64,000 nt of DNA, from NCBI GenBank assembly GCA_036496555.1, contig DASXKY010000058.1, forward strand, positions 4,115-68,114, given 5' to 3'. The notes beneath the pieces were generated by a model. It saw only the letters and a program-made list of their open reading frames with translations. It was not told the DNA's origin and did not search any database. The position numbers were made by a program, and so were the translations under genes. Of this stretch, positions 1 through 9,356 are shown one piece after another (the stretch's first letter is position 1; every line of letters starts with the position of its first letter). The DNA comes from Burkholderiales bacterium (GTDB lineage Bacteria > Pseudomonadota > Gammaproteobacteria > Burkholderiales > SG8-39).

Positions 1-520
1 GGCGCTTGAAATGCTCGATCGCCGGCGGGCTGGCGAGCCCGGCGTAGGTGCCGCGCAGCCCCTCGGGAATACCGGGGTGGCGCTGGGTGAAGCCCTTGAC
101 GTGCAGCTCGTAGATCACGGTGTCGCGCATCGGCGTGCGCGGCGCGCGGTCCTCACCCCACGTAAAGGCGCCGTCCACCACCTCGCAGCGGCCGAAGCCG
201 GCGGCGAGGCGGCCGCGGATCAGCCGCGCGTATGGATCGAGCAGCAGCCGCGACGCGTCGAAGCGGTGGCCGCGCGACGGGTCGTGGGGGCCGTGCACGC
301 GGTAGGCGTAGAGCTGGCCCGGACGGGCTTCGGGCAGGTACGCATGCCAGATGAAGTCGCTGCGCTCGCGCAACTCGACGGCGTGCAGCATCCGCCGGCC
401 GCGCGCGTCGAACAGGCACAACTCGACGCGCTCGGCATGCTTGGAGAACAGGGCGAAATTGACGCCCGCGCCGTCCCAAGTCGCCCCGAGCGGGTACGGC
501 CGGCCGCGCCATGCGACCAC
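1..520 (-). CDS. glgX: Glycogen debranching enzyme GlgX, N-terminal part (the gene runs off the left edge of the window)
   Basis: My own translation of the minus strand from GTG at 520 gives VAWRGRPYPLGATWDGAGVNFALFSKHAERVELCLFDARG...DTVIYELHVKGFTQRHPGIPEGLRGTYAGL. This is the canonical GlgX/isoamylase N-terminus. It is missing from the ORF track because it has no stop inside the window. Track ORFs 11..523(+) and 153..512(-) are shadows of it. Confidence 0.8.
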   Translation of the reverse strand, partial: MVAWRGRPYPLGATWDGAGVNFALFSKHAERVELCLFDARGRRMLHAVELRERSDFIWHAYLPEARPGQLYAYRVHGPHDPSRGHRFDASRLLLDPYARLIRGRLAAGFGRCEVVDGAFTWGEDRAPRTPMRDTVIYELHVKGFTQRHPGIPEGLRGTYAGLASPPAIEHFKR

Positions 521-549
521 TAAGTATTATCGACGAGCACTACGTATTC

Positions 550-990
550 TTAGTCCAGGGAGGCGGAAATCACCCTCACCGGCGGCGCAAGATAGCAGCC
601 GTTGGTCCGCCAGCTGCCGTCTTCCTGACGCTGCATCGAGTAATACGCACGCCAGACGCCGCCGCCGCGGTCGACGATCTGCACCTGCTGCACCACTTCG
701 TCGGAGAGCAGCGTGGGCTCGAGGAACGACACCCGCGCCGGACGGTAGACCGGCCGGTAGGCCATGCGCACCGTCTCGAGGAAGCGCTGCGGCGTGCCGA
801 AGGCCTGCTGCACCCCGGGCGAGGCGAGCGCGAAGGCGCCGCGCGCGTCGTCGCGCTTGAAGGCGTCGATCTGGCGGTGGATCACCGCGCGGATCTCGAG
901 CAGGTCGGCGCCGGTGACGCGCCCTTCGGCGCGGACCGGCAGGACGCACAGCATGAGCCACGCAGCCAGGGCGATGCGGACGACGGACAT
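550..990 (-). CDS. DUF4864 domain protein with signal peptide
   Basis: 146-aa ORF with an N-terminal signal-like segment (ALAAWLMLCVLPVRAEG). The motif IRAVIHRQIDAFKRDDARGAFALASP is typical of the DUF4864 family as I recall it. Confidence 0.65.
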   Translation of the reverse strand: MSVVRIALAAWLMLCVLPVRAEGRVTGADLLEIRAVIHRQIDAFKRDDARGAFALASPGVQQAFGTPQRFLETVRMAYRPVYRPARVSFLEPTLLSDEVVQQVQIVDRGGGVWRAYYSMQRQEDGSWRTNGCYLAPPVRVISASLD

Positions 991-992
991 GC

Positions 993-1616
993 TCAGCCTC
1001 CCTGAGAAACCAGAGCCGTGATGAAGGTGCCGCGCATCACGCGCTCCAGGCGCGCGCGCTCGGCGAAGACTTTCTGCGCGTAGAGCGCCGCGCTGTCGCG
1101 CGCGGCGCCGTTGTAGAGCTGCAGCCCGCCCTCGAGCGTGCCGGAGCGGCGGACGTATTCCTGCAGGATGCGCGAGCCGACGAGGATGTTGCTCTCCGGG
1201 TCGAGAACCGCGTCCTCGCCGCCTTCCGCCTCGAGCTTGGCGCGGTGGTAGCGCGGGATGATCTGCATCAGGCCTTTCGCGCCCACGCCGCTCTCGGCGA
1301 TCGGGTTGAAGCGTGATTCGACCGAGATGACGGCCAGCACCGTGAGCGGGTCGAGCCCCACTTCGTCGGCCGCGCGCCAGGCCGCCGCCACCACGCGCTC
1401 AGTCACCGAGCGCGCGACCTGGTAGCGGCGCGCGAGGAAGGCCGCCAGCACGCGCTGACGCGAGTCGAGATCGAGCTCGGCCGCAGCGGATTCATCCGGC
1501 ACCGCGCAGGCGGCGGCGACTGCCCGGTCCGGCGCGAACGCATCCTCGGCGGCGAGGCCGAGCGCGGCCACCACGAATCCGGCGGTCAACACCTGTCTGT
1601 AGTGGGGGGCGGGCAT
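993..1616 (-). CDS. Lytic transglycosylase (SLT domain)
   Basis: Contains VISVESRFNPIAESGVGAKGLMQIIPRYH, which carries the catalytic ES and GLMQ motifs of SLT-family murein transglycosylases. Confidence 0.85.
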   Translation of the reverse strand: MPAPHYRQVLTAGFVVAALGLAAEDAFAPDRAVAAACAVPDESAAAELDLDSRQRVLAAFLARRYQVARSVTERVVAAAWRAADEVGLDPLTVLAVISVESRFNPIAESGVGAKGLMQIIPRYHRAKLEAEGGEDAVLDPESNILVGSRILQEYVRRSGTLEGGLQLYNGAARDSAALYAQKVFAERARLERVMRGTFITALVSQGG

Positions 1617-1651
1617 GGAACCGAACCATCGTAGGCCGCCCGCGCGCGCCG

Positions 1652-1759
1652 GACTATCGCCGCGCCGTGAATTTGCTGTCGCGCGCCGACTACGCGTAGT
1701 CGGCTCGTTGGCGACACGCGAAAGCGAGGCCGGGCGATAGTCGCTGATTCAACGACTAC
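1652..1759. repeat. Nested inverted repeats built on a GACTAY half-site
   Basis: Perfect 20-bp palindrome GCCGACTACGCGTAGTCGGC at 1685..1704. It is flanked by GACTATCGCC (1652..1661) and its complement GGCGATAGTC (1733..1742). A fifth GACTAC lies at 1754..1759. All sit in the 202-bp intergenic region between the SLT gene and glgC. Confidence 0.7.
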
Positions 1760-1818
1760 CTATTATCCAACGCGTCCCTATCGAACTAGAAACCACTTCA
1801 AGAAAGGCTTCACCGACC

Positions 1819-2877
1819 ATGAAAACCGTTGCTCTGGTACTCGCCGGCGGCGAAGGCACGCGTCTCCACCCCCTCACCGCCGAGCACGCGAAGCCGGCGC
1901 TGCCGTTCGCGAACGGCTACCGCATCGTCGACTTCGTGCTGAGCAATCTGGTCAACTCGGGCATCCGCACCATCTACGTCCTCGCGCAGTACAAGCCCGA
2001 ATCGCTGATGCGCCACATCGAGACGGCGTGGGCACCGTGGTTCGACGGCGGCGAGGGCCTCATCAAAGTGCTGCTGCCCCGCTCGAACACGCTCGGCGGC
2101 AGCTTCAAGGGCACCGCCGACGCCGCCTACCAGTACTTCGACGTGCTGCAGGCGCATGCGCCCGACGCCGTCGCCGTGTTCGCCGCAGACCATATCTACC
2201 GGATGGACGTGCGGCAGATGACGCACTTCCACGCCAAGCGCGATGCGGATGTGACGGTTGCGGCGGTGGCGGTGCCGATCGCGCAGGCATCCGCCTTCGG
2301 CGTGATCTCGACCAACCCCGACGGCCGCGTGCTCGAGTTCCGCGAAAAGCCGCGCCAGCCGCTCCCCATCCCGGGCCATCCGGCGCACGCCTACGCTTCG
2401 ATGGGCAACTACCTGTTCCATCCAGACGTGCTGTCGATCGCGCTGCGCGATGCGCGCGCCCGCGGCGACACGGACTTCGGCCGCGACGTGCTGCCGCGCC
2501 TGTGCCAGCAGGCGCGCGTTTATGCCTACGACTTCGGCCAGAACGTGATCCCCGGCGTCCAGGACTACGAGGAGCGCGCCTACTGGCGCGACGTCGGCAC
2601 GCTGAGCGCGCTCGCCGCGGCGCAGCAGGACGCGATGGGGCATCGCCCGCGCTTCAACCTGTGGAACCGCCGCTGGCCGATCCGCGGCGAGTACGACGCC
2701 GCCCTCGTCGCGCGGCTGCGCGACTGGCGCGACCAGTTCGCGGATGCGGCGACGCCCGAGGAAGCCGTCGCCGAGGCAGCCGCGGCGGAGGCCCGCGCCG
2801 AGCTCAGGCCCGTTGCCGCAGCCTGGCTAGCCTCAGGTAGAGATCGGCATAGCGACGAGCGGGCTCTGCCCAGCTGA
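1819..2877 (+). CDS. glgC: Glucose-1-phosphate adenylyltransferase, short form lacking the C-terminal beta-helix domain
   Basis: N-terminus LVLAGGEGTRLHPLTAEHAKPALPFANGYRIVDFVLSNLVNSGI and later YWRDVGTL...NRRWPIR match GlgC. After WPIR the sequence becomes low-complexity Ala/Arg/Glu and ends at 352 aa. Confidence 0.85.
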   Translation: MKTVALVLAGGEGTRLHPLTAEHAKPALPFANGYRIVDFVLSNLVNSGIRTIYVLAQYKPESLMRHIETAWAPWFDGGEGLIKVLLPRSNTLGGSFKGTADAAYQYFDVLQAHAPDAVAVFAADHIYRMDVRQMTHFHAKRDADVTVAAVAVPIAQASAFGVISTNPDGRVLEFREKPRQPLPIPGHPAHAYASMGNYLFHPDVLSIALRDARARGDTDFGRDVLPRLCQQARVYAYDFGQNVIPGVQDYEERAYWRDVGTLSALAAAQQDAMGHRPRFNLWNRRWPIRGEYDAALVARLRDWRDQFADAATPEEAVAEAAAAEARAELRPVAAAWLASGRDRHSDERALPS

Positions 2878-4240
2878 AATCGCGCGCCATGCCGGCGCGC
2901 TGGATAGCGCGCCAGCGCGCCGCATCGCCGCGCGCCGCCAGGGCGCGGCGCACCGCCGCCGTCAGTGCCGCGCTCTGCGCCGGCCCGAACAGGAACCCGG
3001 TTTCGCCGTCGACCACCGTGTCGACGAGGCCGCCGGTCGCGCGCGCGACCGGCGGCGTGCCGTAGCGCTGGCTGTACATCTGGTTGAGCCCGCACGGCTC
3101 GAACCGCGAGGGCATCAGGAACACGTCGGCGCCCGCCTCGATGAGGTGGGCGAGCTCTTCGTTGAAGCCCGTCGCCACCGCGACCTTGCCAGGATGGCGC
3201 GCGGCGAGCGCGGCAAGCGAGTGCTCGTGCGCACGCTCGCCCTTGCCCAGCACGACGAGCTGCGCGGGTAGCGCGAGCAGCTCCTCGGCGGCGGCGAGGA
3301 CCAGGTCGATGCCTTTCTGGTGGGTGAGCCGGGAGACCATGCCGAGGAGCGGCATGCCCTCGTCCACCGAAAGCCCGACCCGCGCCTGCAGCGCCGCCTT
3401 GTTCTTGCACTTGAGCTCGAGCGAGCGCCGGTCGTAGTTGTCCGGAATCAGCGGGTCGTGCGCCGGGTCCCAGGTCGCCGAATCGATGCCGTTCAGGATG
3501 CCGCTCAGTTGCGCCGAGCGCTCGCGCATGAGCCCGTCCAGGCCGCAGCCCTGCTCCTCGCCCTGGACCTCGGCGGCGTAAGTCGGGCTGACCGTCGTCA
3601 GCGCATCGGCGCAGGCGAGCCCGCCCTTCAGGAACGAAAGGCGGCCGTAGAACTCCAGACGCTCCATCGAGTAGTCGGCGGCGGACAAGCCGAGCGTGCC
3701 GAGCACGTCGGCCTCGAACAGGCCCTGGAACGCGAGGTTGTGGACCGTCATGAGGCTCGCGGCGGGCTGCCGCTCGTTACGCAGGTAGACCGGCGCGAGC
3801 GCGGTCGGCCAGTCGTTGCAGTGCGCGACCTCGGGACGCCAGGCGAGCGGCGATGCGGCGCCGCCGAGGAGCGCGGCGGCACGCGAAAGCAGCCCGAAGC
3901 GCAGCGCGTTGTCCGGCCAGTCTTCGCCTTCGCCGGTCTGATAGGGCCCGCCGTTCCTTCTGTAGAGCTCCGGGCAATCCAGCAGGTACAGCGGCACGCC
4001 CGACGGATGCTGCGATTCATTGATGCGAACGGTTTTCCCCAGCAGCTCCACTTCTGCGAGCCTCTTCGAAGGGAGGGCACCGTAAGCGGGCAGCAGGATC
4101 CTCACATCGATCCCCATCTTTCGCAGCGCCTCAGGCAGCGCGCCGGCGACGTCGCCCAGGCCGCCGGTCTTGGTGAGCGGCGCGCACTCCGGGGCGATGA
4201 ACAGCACGCGGATTCCGGTGAAGCGTTTGTCGAGGTCCAT
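2804..4240 (-). CDS. glgA: Glycogen synthase
   Basis: IRVLFIAPECAPLTKTGGLGDVAGALPEAL is the KTGGL motif of GT5 starch/glycogen synthases. Full length at 478 aa. Confidence 0.95.
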   Translation of the reverse strand: MDLDKRFTGIRVLFIAPECAPLTKTGGLGDVAGALPEALRKMGIDVRILLPAYGALPSKRLAEVELLGKTVRINESQHPSGVPLYLLDCPELYRRNGGPYQTGEGEDWPDNALRFGLLSRAAALLGGAASPLAWRPEVAHCNDWPTALAPVYLRNERQPAASLMTVHNLAFQGLFEADVLGTLGLSAADYSMERLEFYGRLSFLKGGLACADALTTVSPTYAAEVQGEEQGCGLDGLMRERSAQLSGILNGIDSATWDPAHDPLIPDNYDRRSLELKCKNKAALQARVGLSVDEGMPLLGMVSRLTHQKGIDLVLAAAEELLALPAQLVVLGKGERAHEHSLAALAARHPGKVAVATGFNEELAHLIEAGADVFLMPSRFEPCGLNQMYSQRYGTPPVARATGGLVDTVVDGETGFLFGPAQSAALTAAVRRALAARGDAARWRAIQRAGMARDFSWAEPARRYADLYLRLARLRQRA

Positions 4241-4242
4241 AC

Positions 4243-4277
4243 AAAAAAAAGGACCCCGGTTAGGGGAACCGGGGTCC
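4243..4277 (-). terminator. Rho-independent terminator for the nupC / 90-aa ORF transcript
   Basis: Perfect 11-bp stem GGACCCCGGTT / AACCGGGGTCC (4251..4261 and 4267..4277) with a 5-nt loop. On the minus strand it is followed by 8 T (4243..4250). Confidence 0.75.
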
Positions 4278-4371
4278 GATGCTCACATACGCACGAAGGG
4301 AGGGAGGTGCATATGCAAGGGGGTCAAAACGGTGCGAAAAAGGTGAATGCGGGGGCGGTGACCTCTTCGCT

Positions 4372-4644
4372 CTAGGCGGCCAGCTCACTCGGGAAATCCT
4401 TCGGCACGGGAATCTCCAGGCACACCGCGCCGTTCGGGCCGCTCACTCCGAGGGCGCGAGCGAGCGCCGGGGTCTGCTTCGGCGACTCCAGCTCGATCAC
4501 GCAGGCGACGCGCGCGGCACCACGGTTGTGGACAAAGCGGAACGAATGCACCGGCCCGTAGGGCTCGCAGATCGACAGAATGTTCTTGGTCAGCGTATAG
4601 AAATCCCTCACTTCGCTGAACCGCTCGACTATTTCCGGCTTCAT
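4372..4644 (-). CDS. Hypothetical protein (90 aa)
   Basis: ORF directly downstream of nupC and upstream of the terminator. Non-repetitive composition. I recognise no family. Confidence 0.45.
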   Translation of the reverse strand: MKPEIVERFSEVRDFYTLTKNILSICEPYGPVHSFRFVHNRGAARVACVIELESPKQTPALARALGVSGPNGAVCLEIPVPKDFPSELAA

Positions 4645-4716
4645 TTGCGGACCATCGTAGGGCCCGGCCCCTCGCGCGGCTATCCCAGAACTCGTGATCC
4701 TGCTGTAGTAGGGCGA

Positions 4717-5934
4717 CTACAGCACGAGCGCCACGGTAGCGGCGGTGAGGCAGGTGGCGAGCGTTCCCGCCGCTATCGACCTGATTCCCAAGGCGACGAT
4801 CTCGCCGCGGCGCTCCGGGCACATGGTGCCGAGGCCGCCGATCATGATGCCGAGGCTGCCGAAGTTCGCGAAACCGCACAGCGCATAGGTCATCAGCGTT
4901 CGGCTGCGCGCCGACAGATCGGACATCCGGGACAAATCGAGATAGGCCACGAACTCGTTGATTACCGTCTTCGTGCCGAGGAGCGCGCCGCCGGCGCGCG
5001 CCTCGCTCCAGGGCAGGCCGCACAGCCACGCGAGCGGCGCGAACAGCCAGCCGAGCAGGCCCTGCAGCGTGTAGGGCGCGATGGCGAAATTGACCAGCGC
5101 CACCAGCGCCACGAAAACCACCAGCATGGCGACGATGTTGAGGAGGAGCTGCGCGCCCTGCAGAGTGCCTTGCGTGAGCGCATCCATGCTGCCGGCGGCG
5201 TCGGACTCCAATCGGAGATCCTGCCCTCCGGTCGCTTTCCCAGGGGGCACCATGATGAACGACACGGCAAGCGCCGCCGGAGCCGAAAGAATGGAAGCGA
5301 TCAGCAGGTGCGCCACCACGTCGGGCACTGCATCCTTCAGCACCTTGGCGTACAGGAACAGCACCGTGCCGGCGATGGAGGCCATGCCGCCGACCATGAT
5401 GGCGAAGAGCTCGCCGCGGGTGACGCGCGCGAGGTAGGGCCGCACGAAGAGCGGCGCCTCGACCATGCCAACGAAGACATTGGCCGCGGTCGAGAGCCCG
5501 ACCACGCCGCCGACGCCCATCGTCTTCTCCAGCAGCCACGACAGCGCGCGCACGACCCCCGGCAGCACGCGCCAGTAGAAAAGCAGCGAGGAAAGCGCGC
5601 TCATCACCAGTACGATCGGCAGCGCCTGGAAGGCGAGGATGAAGGTCGAGGCGCCCTCCTTCATCACGAACGGCACGTCGCCGCCGCCGAGATAGCCGAA
5701 CACGAGGCTGGTCCCCGCCTGCGTCGCCTTGTCGAGCACCAGCAGCACGTCGTTGAGCTGGATAAACAGGTTTTTCACGAAGGTGAACTTGAGGAACACC
5801 ACGGCGAGAAGAACCTGTAAGGCAATACCGACGACGATGGATCGCCATGGCACGGTACGGCGGTCCTCCGAAAGAAGAAAGGCGAGGCCGAGAAGGCCTG
5901 CCATTCCGGCGAAACCATGGAGCGAATCGATCAT
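4717..5934 (-). CDS. nupC: NupC/NupG-family concentrative nucleoside transporter
   Basis: 405-aa polytopic protein. The N-terminus (GLLGLAFLLSEDRRTVPWRSIVVGIALQ) and C-terminal region (ALCGFANFGSLGIMIGGLG) are typical of CNT/NupC permeases. Confidence 0.88.
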   Translation of the reverse strand: MIDSLHGFAGMAGLLGLAFLLSEDRRTVPWRSIVVGIALQVLLAVVFLKFTFVKNLFIQLNDVLLVLDKATQAGTSLVFGYLGGGDVPFVMKEGASTFILAFQALPIVLVMSALSSLLFYWRVLPGVVRALSWLLEKTMGVGGVVGLSTAANVFVGMVEAPLFVRPYLARVTRGELFAIMVGGMASIAGTVLFLYAKVLKDAVPDVVAHLLIASILSAPAALAVSFIMVPPGKATGGQDLRLESDAAGSMDALTQGTLQGAQLLLNIVAMLVVFVALVALVNFAIAPYTLQGLLGWLFAPLAWLCGLPWSEARAGGALLGTKTVINEFVAYLDLSRMSDLSARSRTLMTYALCGFANFGSLGIMIGGLGTMCPERRGEIVALGIRSIAAGTLATCLTAATVALVL

Positions 5935-5952
5935 TTATGCTGTCCAACCAGC

Positions 5953-6252
5953 ATGAAGAAATACAGGGTGGCCTGCCTTTGCGCCGCGTGGTGCGACACC
6001 TGCGTCGACTACCGTCCGGGATTCGACGCGCTCGCAGCCGAATTCCCCGAGGCGGAGTTCGTCTGGCTCGATACCGAGGACGACGCGGAGCGGATCGGCG
6101 ACCTGGAGGTCGAGAACTTTCCGACCATCCAGGTGAAACGCGGCGACGCGGTGCTCTTCTACGGCGTGCAGCTGCCGGTGCACGAGCACCTGCGCCGCCT
6201 GCTGCGGGAGCTCTTCGCTAGGGAAAGCTCTTCGCAATCGTCGACTGGATAG
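5953..6252 (+). CDS. Thioredoxin-fold protein
   Basis: Contains CAAWCDTC (a WCxxC redox motif) and ENFPTIQV. Start moved to the ATG at 5953 (MKKYRV), which is the 13th codon of track ORF 5917..6252. Confidence 0.7.
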   Translation: MKKYRVACLCAAWCDTCVDYRPGFDALAAEFPEAEFVWLDTEDDAERIGDLEVENFPTIQVKRGDAVLFYGVQLPVHEHLRRLLRELFARESSSQSSTG

Positions 6253-6919
6253 CGAGCGCGGCGGCGCGCGGGTCGGCGGCGTCGCGGATCGGCCGGCCGA
6301 CGACGATGTAGTCGGCGCCGTTCTTGAACGCTTGCGCGACGTCGACGGTGCGCTTCTGGTCGGCGGCCTCGGCGCTGGCGGGACGGATGCCCGGCGTGAC
6401 GACCAGGAGGCGGCCGCCGAACTCGGCCTTCAGCTTCGCCGCCTCGTGGCCCGAGGCGATCACGCCGTCGCAGCCGCTCTCGAGCGCGCCGCGCGCGCGG
6501 GCGAGGACCAGCTGCTCGACGGTTTTGGTGGCCCCCATTTCATCGAGGTCTTTCTGATCGAAGCTGGTGAGCACGGTGACCGCGAGGATCTTCATCGCGC
6601 CCTTCTCCCTCGCCGCCGCCTCCATCACCGAGCGGTGGCCGTGCACGGTGAGGAAGCTGGCGCCGCTCGAGCGCAGGTTGGCGACGGCGCGGCGCACCGT
6701 CTCCGGGATGTCGTAGAGCTTGAGGTCGGCGAACACCTTGTTGCCGCGCGCGGCGAGCCAGGCGAGGAGATCGAAATAGCCTTCGGTGCTGCAGAGCTCG
6801 AGGCCGATCTTGTAGAAGCGCACTGCGTCGCCCAGCTTCTCGACTAGCGCGCGCGCCTGTGCCGCATCGGGCACGTCGAGCGCGGCGATCAGCCGCTCGT
6901 GGCGCGGGATGGCGCTCAT
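6218..6919 (-). CDS. pyrF: Orotidine 5'-phosphate decarboxylase
   Basis: MSAIPRHERLIAALDVPD...FYKIGLEL...FADLKLYDIPETV...IVVGRPI match PyrF. It is the C-terminal 233 codons of track ORF 6218..7477. Its ATG overlaps the yihY stop (ATGA). Confidence 0.92.
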   Translation of the reverse strand: MSAIPRHERLIAALDVPDAAQARALVEKLGDAVRFYKIGLELCSTEGYFDLLAWLAARGNKVFADLKLYDIPETVRRAVANLRSSGASFLTVHGHRSVMEAAAREKGAMKILAVTVLTSFDQKDLDEMGATKTVEQLVLARARGALESGCDGVIASGHEAAKLKAEFGGRLLVVTPGIRPASAEAADQKRTVDVAQAFKNGADYIVVGRPIRDAADPRAAALAIQSTIAKSFP

Positions 6920-8085
6920 GCGCGCCGTTCCTGCGCGAATTCCTGCAGCGAGCGGCCGAAGTCGCGCTCGCTCACGCCGATGCTCTCGGGGTCGAAGACG
7001 AAGCCGCGGTAGACGTCCTCCAGCCTGATCGATCCGGCGCCGCGCGTGAGGAGCCAGGTCTCCTTTTGCGAGCTCGCCACCCAGCCGAGCGCCGCCGCGC
7101 GGTCGAGGATCTCCTCGACGCGGTGCGGCAGCAGGCCGACTTCCTTGGCGATGGTCATTACCGACGCCACCCGCCCCGCTGTCTGCGCGCGCGCCAGAAC
7201 GCCGAGCACGTCGAGCGCCGCGGCGAACTCGCGTCCCGGCGCGCGATCGCGCTCGACGCCGAGGTGGCCCCAGCCCGGCAGCATCGCGGTGAGCGTGGCG
7301 CCGACCAGCACCACCACCCAGGACACGTACAGCCAGACGAGGAAGATGAGGATCGTGGCGAAGGTGCCATAGATGAACTGGTAGGTCGGGAAGTGGCCGA
7401 TGTAGACGGCGAAGCCGCGCTTCGCCACCTCGAACGCGGCGCCGGCGACGAGCGCGCCGATGACGCCGTGGCGCCATTCGACGTGCCGGTGCGGCACGAA
7501 AATGTAGAGCAGCGCGAGCGCGCCGCAGGTGAGGACGAACGGCAGGATGCCGAGCGGATACTGCGCCGCGCGCGGGATCTCGAGATGCGCGAGCGCGGCG
7601 CCGAAGAGGTACGAGCTGATCGACAGGCTGCCGCCGATCAGCAGCGGGGCGAGCGTGATCAGCGCCCAGTAGGTGAGCAGCCGCAGGCCGAGCGGCCGGC
7701 GCCGGCGCACGCGGAAAATGCGGTTTAGCGCCCCGTCGATGGTGAGCATCAGCAGGACGCTGGTCACCGCCAGTCCGGCTACGCCGATCGCGGTCAGCCG
7801 CCCCGCGCGTGCGGTGAAGGCGTTGATCTGGTCGGTGAAGGCAGAGAAGCCCGGCGCGTTCGGCAGCACGTTCTGCTTGACGTAGTCCTGCAGCGTGGCG
7901 ACCGCTTCATGGAACACCGGGAAGGCGCTCGCCAGCGCGAGCGCGACCGTGAGCAGCGGCACCATGGAGAGGAGCGACGTATAGGTCAGGGCGCCCGCAG
8001 TTTGCGAGCTGCGGTCCTCGAAGAAGCGCAAAGCCACGGCGGCGCAGAACTGCCACAGCCGGCGCCACGTGTTTTTCTTCTCCAT
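6916..8085 (-). CDS. yihY: YihY/BrkB-family inner membrane protein
   Basis: FFEDRSSQTAGALTYTSLLSMVPLLTV is the hallmark N-terminus of the YihY (formerly RNase BN-like) family. Multiple TM segments. Confidence 0.85.
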   Translation of the reverse strand: MEKKNTWRRLWQFCAAVALRFFEDRSSQTAGALTYTSLLSMVPLLTVALALASAFPVFHEAVATLQDYVKQNVLPNAPGFSAFTDQINAFTARAGRLTAIGVAGLAVTSVLLMLTIDGALNRIFRVRRRRPLGLRLLTYWALITLAPLLIGGSLSISSYLFGAALAHLEIPRAAQYPLGILPFVLTCGALALLYIFVPHRHVEWRHGVIGALVAGAAFEVAKRGFAVYIGHFPTYQFIYGTFATILIFLVWLYVSWVVVLVGATLTAMLPGWGHLGVERDRAPGREFAAALDVLGVLARAQTAGRVASVMTIAKEVGLLPHRVEEILDRAAALGWVASSQKETWLLTRGAGSIRLEDVYRGFVFDPESIGVSERDFGRSLQEFAQERRA

Positions 8086-8097
8086 TGCCTTCTATGA

Positions 8098-8694
<597 letters not shown>

Positions 8695-8773
8695 CCAAAA
8701 GGCTCCGCAGCGGAAACAGGGGAGTTACCGGCCCTTCCCATAATTGCGCCCGCCTAAATCAGAGGAGGGACGC

Positions 8774-9301
8774 ATGGGCAAGATCTCCCGCTTTACCGTG
8801 TTATCGCTTTTCGCCGCCGGCTGCGCCAGCGCGGCGACCTCGCAGTCGATCATTCCCGAGCAGATCAACCCGCCCGCCGGCCAGGGGCTGAGCCTGATCG
8901 TCGCGGCGAAGGGCGTGCAGATCTACCAGTGCCGCGAGAGCAAGGAGCACGCGGGCGCGTGGGAGTGGACCTTCGTCGCGCCTTCGGCCGACCTCTACGA
9001 TACGACCGGCGCGAAGATCGGCCACCACTACGGCGGGCCGTCGTGGGAGTCGGCCGACGGCAGCAAGGTCGTCGGCACCACGAAGGGACGCGCGGACGCG
9101 CCCGCGGCAGGAGCCATTCCCTGGCTGCTGCTCGAGACCAAGTCGGTGGCGAATGCCGGCGCGTTCAGCAAGGTCACGAGCATCCAGCGCGTGAACACCG
9201 CGGGCGGCATGGCGCCCAAGGTCGGCTGCTCGGAGAGCAACGCCGGAACGCCGGTCCGCGTTCCTTATACTGCGGACTATTACTTCTTCACCGCGAAGTG
9301 A
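8774..9301 (+). CDS. DUF3455 lipoprotein
   Basis: Lipobox LFAAGC. GVQIYQC...HYGGPSWESADGSKV...AIPWLLL...IQRVNTAGG match DUF3455 as I recall it. ATG at 8774 is preceded by GAGGAGGG. Confidence 0.7.
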   Translation: MGKISRFTVLSLFAAGCASAATSQSIIPEQINPPAGQGLSLIVAAKGVQIYQCRESKEHAGAWEWTFVAPSADLYDTTGAKIGHHYGGPSWESADGSKVVGTTKGRADAPAAGAIPWLLLETKSVANAGAFSKVTSIQRVNTAGGMAPKVGCSESNAGTPVRVPYTADYYFFTAK

Positions 9302-9356
9302 CCTGACCTTACGAGGGCTGCGGGCGACGGCGTCGGTCGCCCTCGTCGCCCTGATC

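Noticed and set aside
4279-5947. Track ORFs 4279..5820(+) of 513 aa and 4385..5947(-) of 520 aa over the nucleoside transporter gene.
   Set aside because: These are shadow ORFs with biased R/A/G/E composition and no motifs. The frame at 4717..5934(-) gives a coherent NupC-type polytopic protein.
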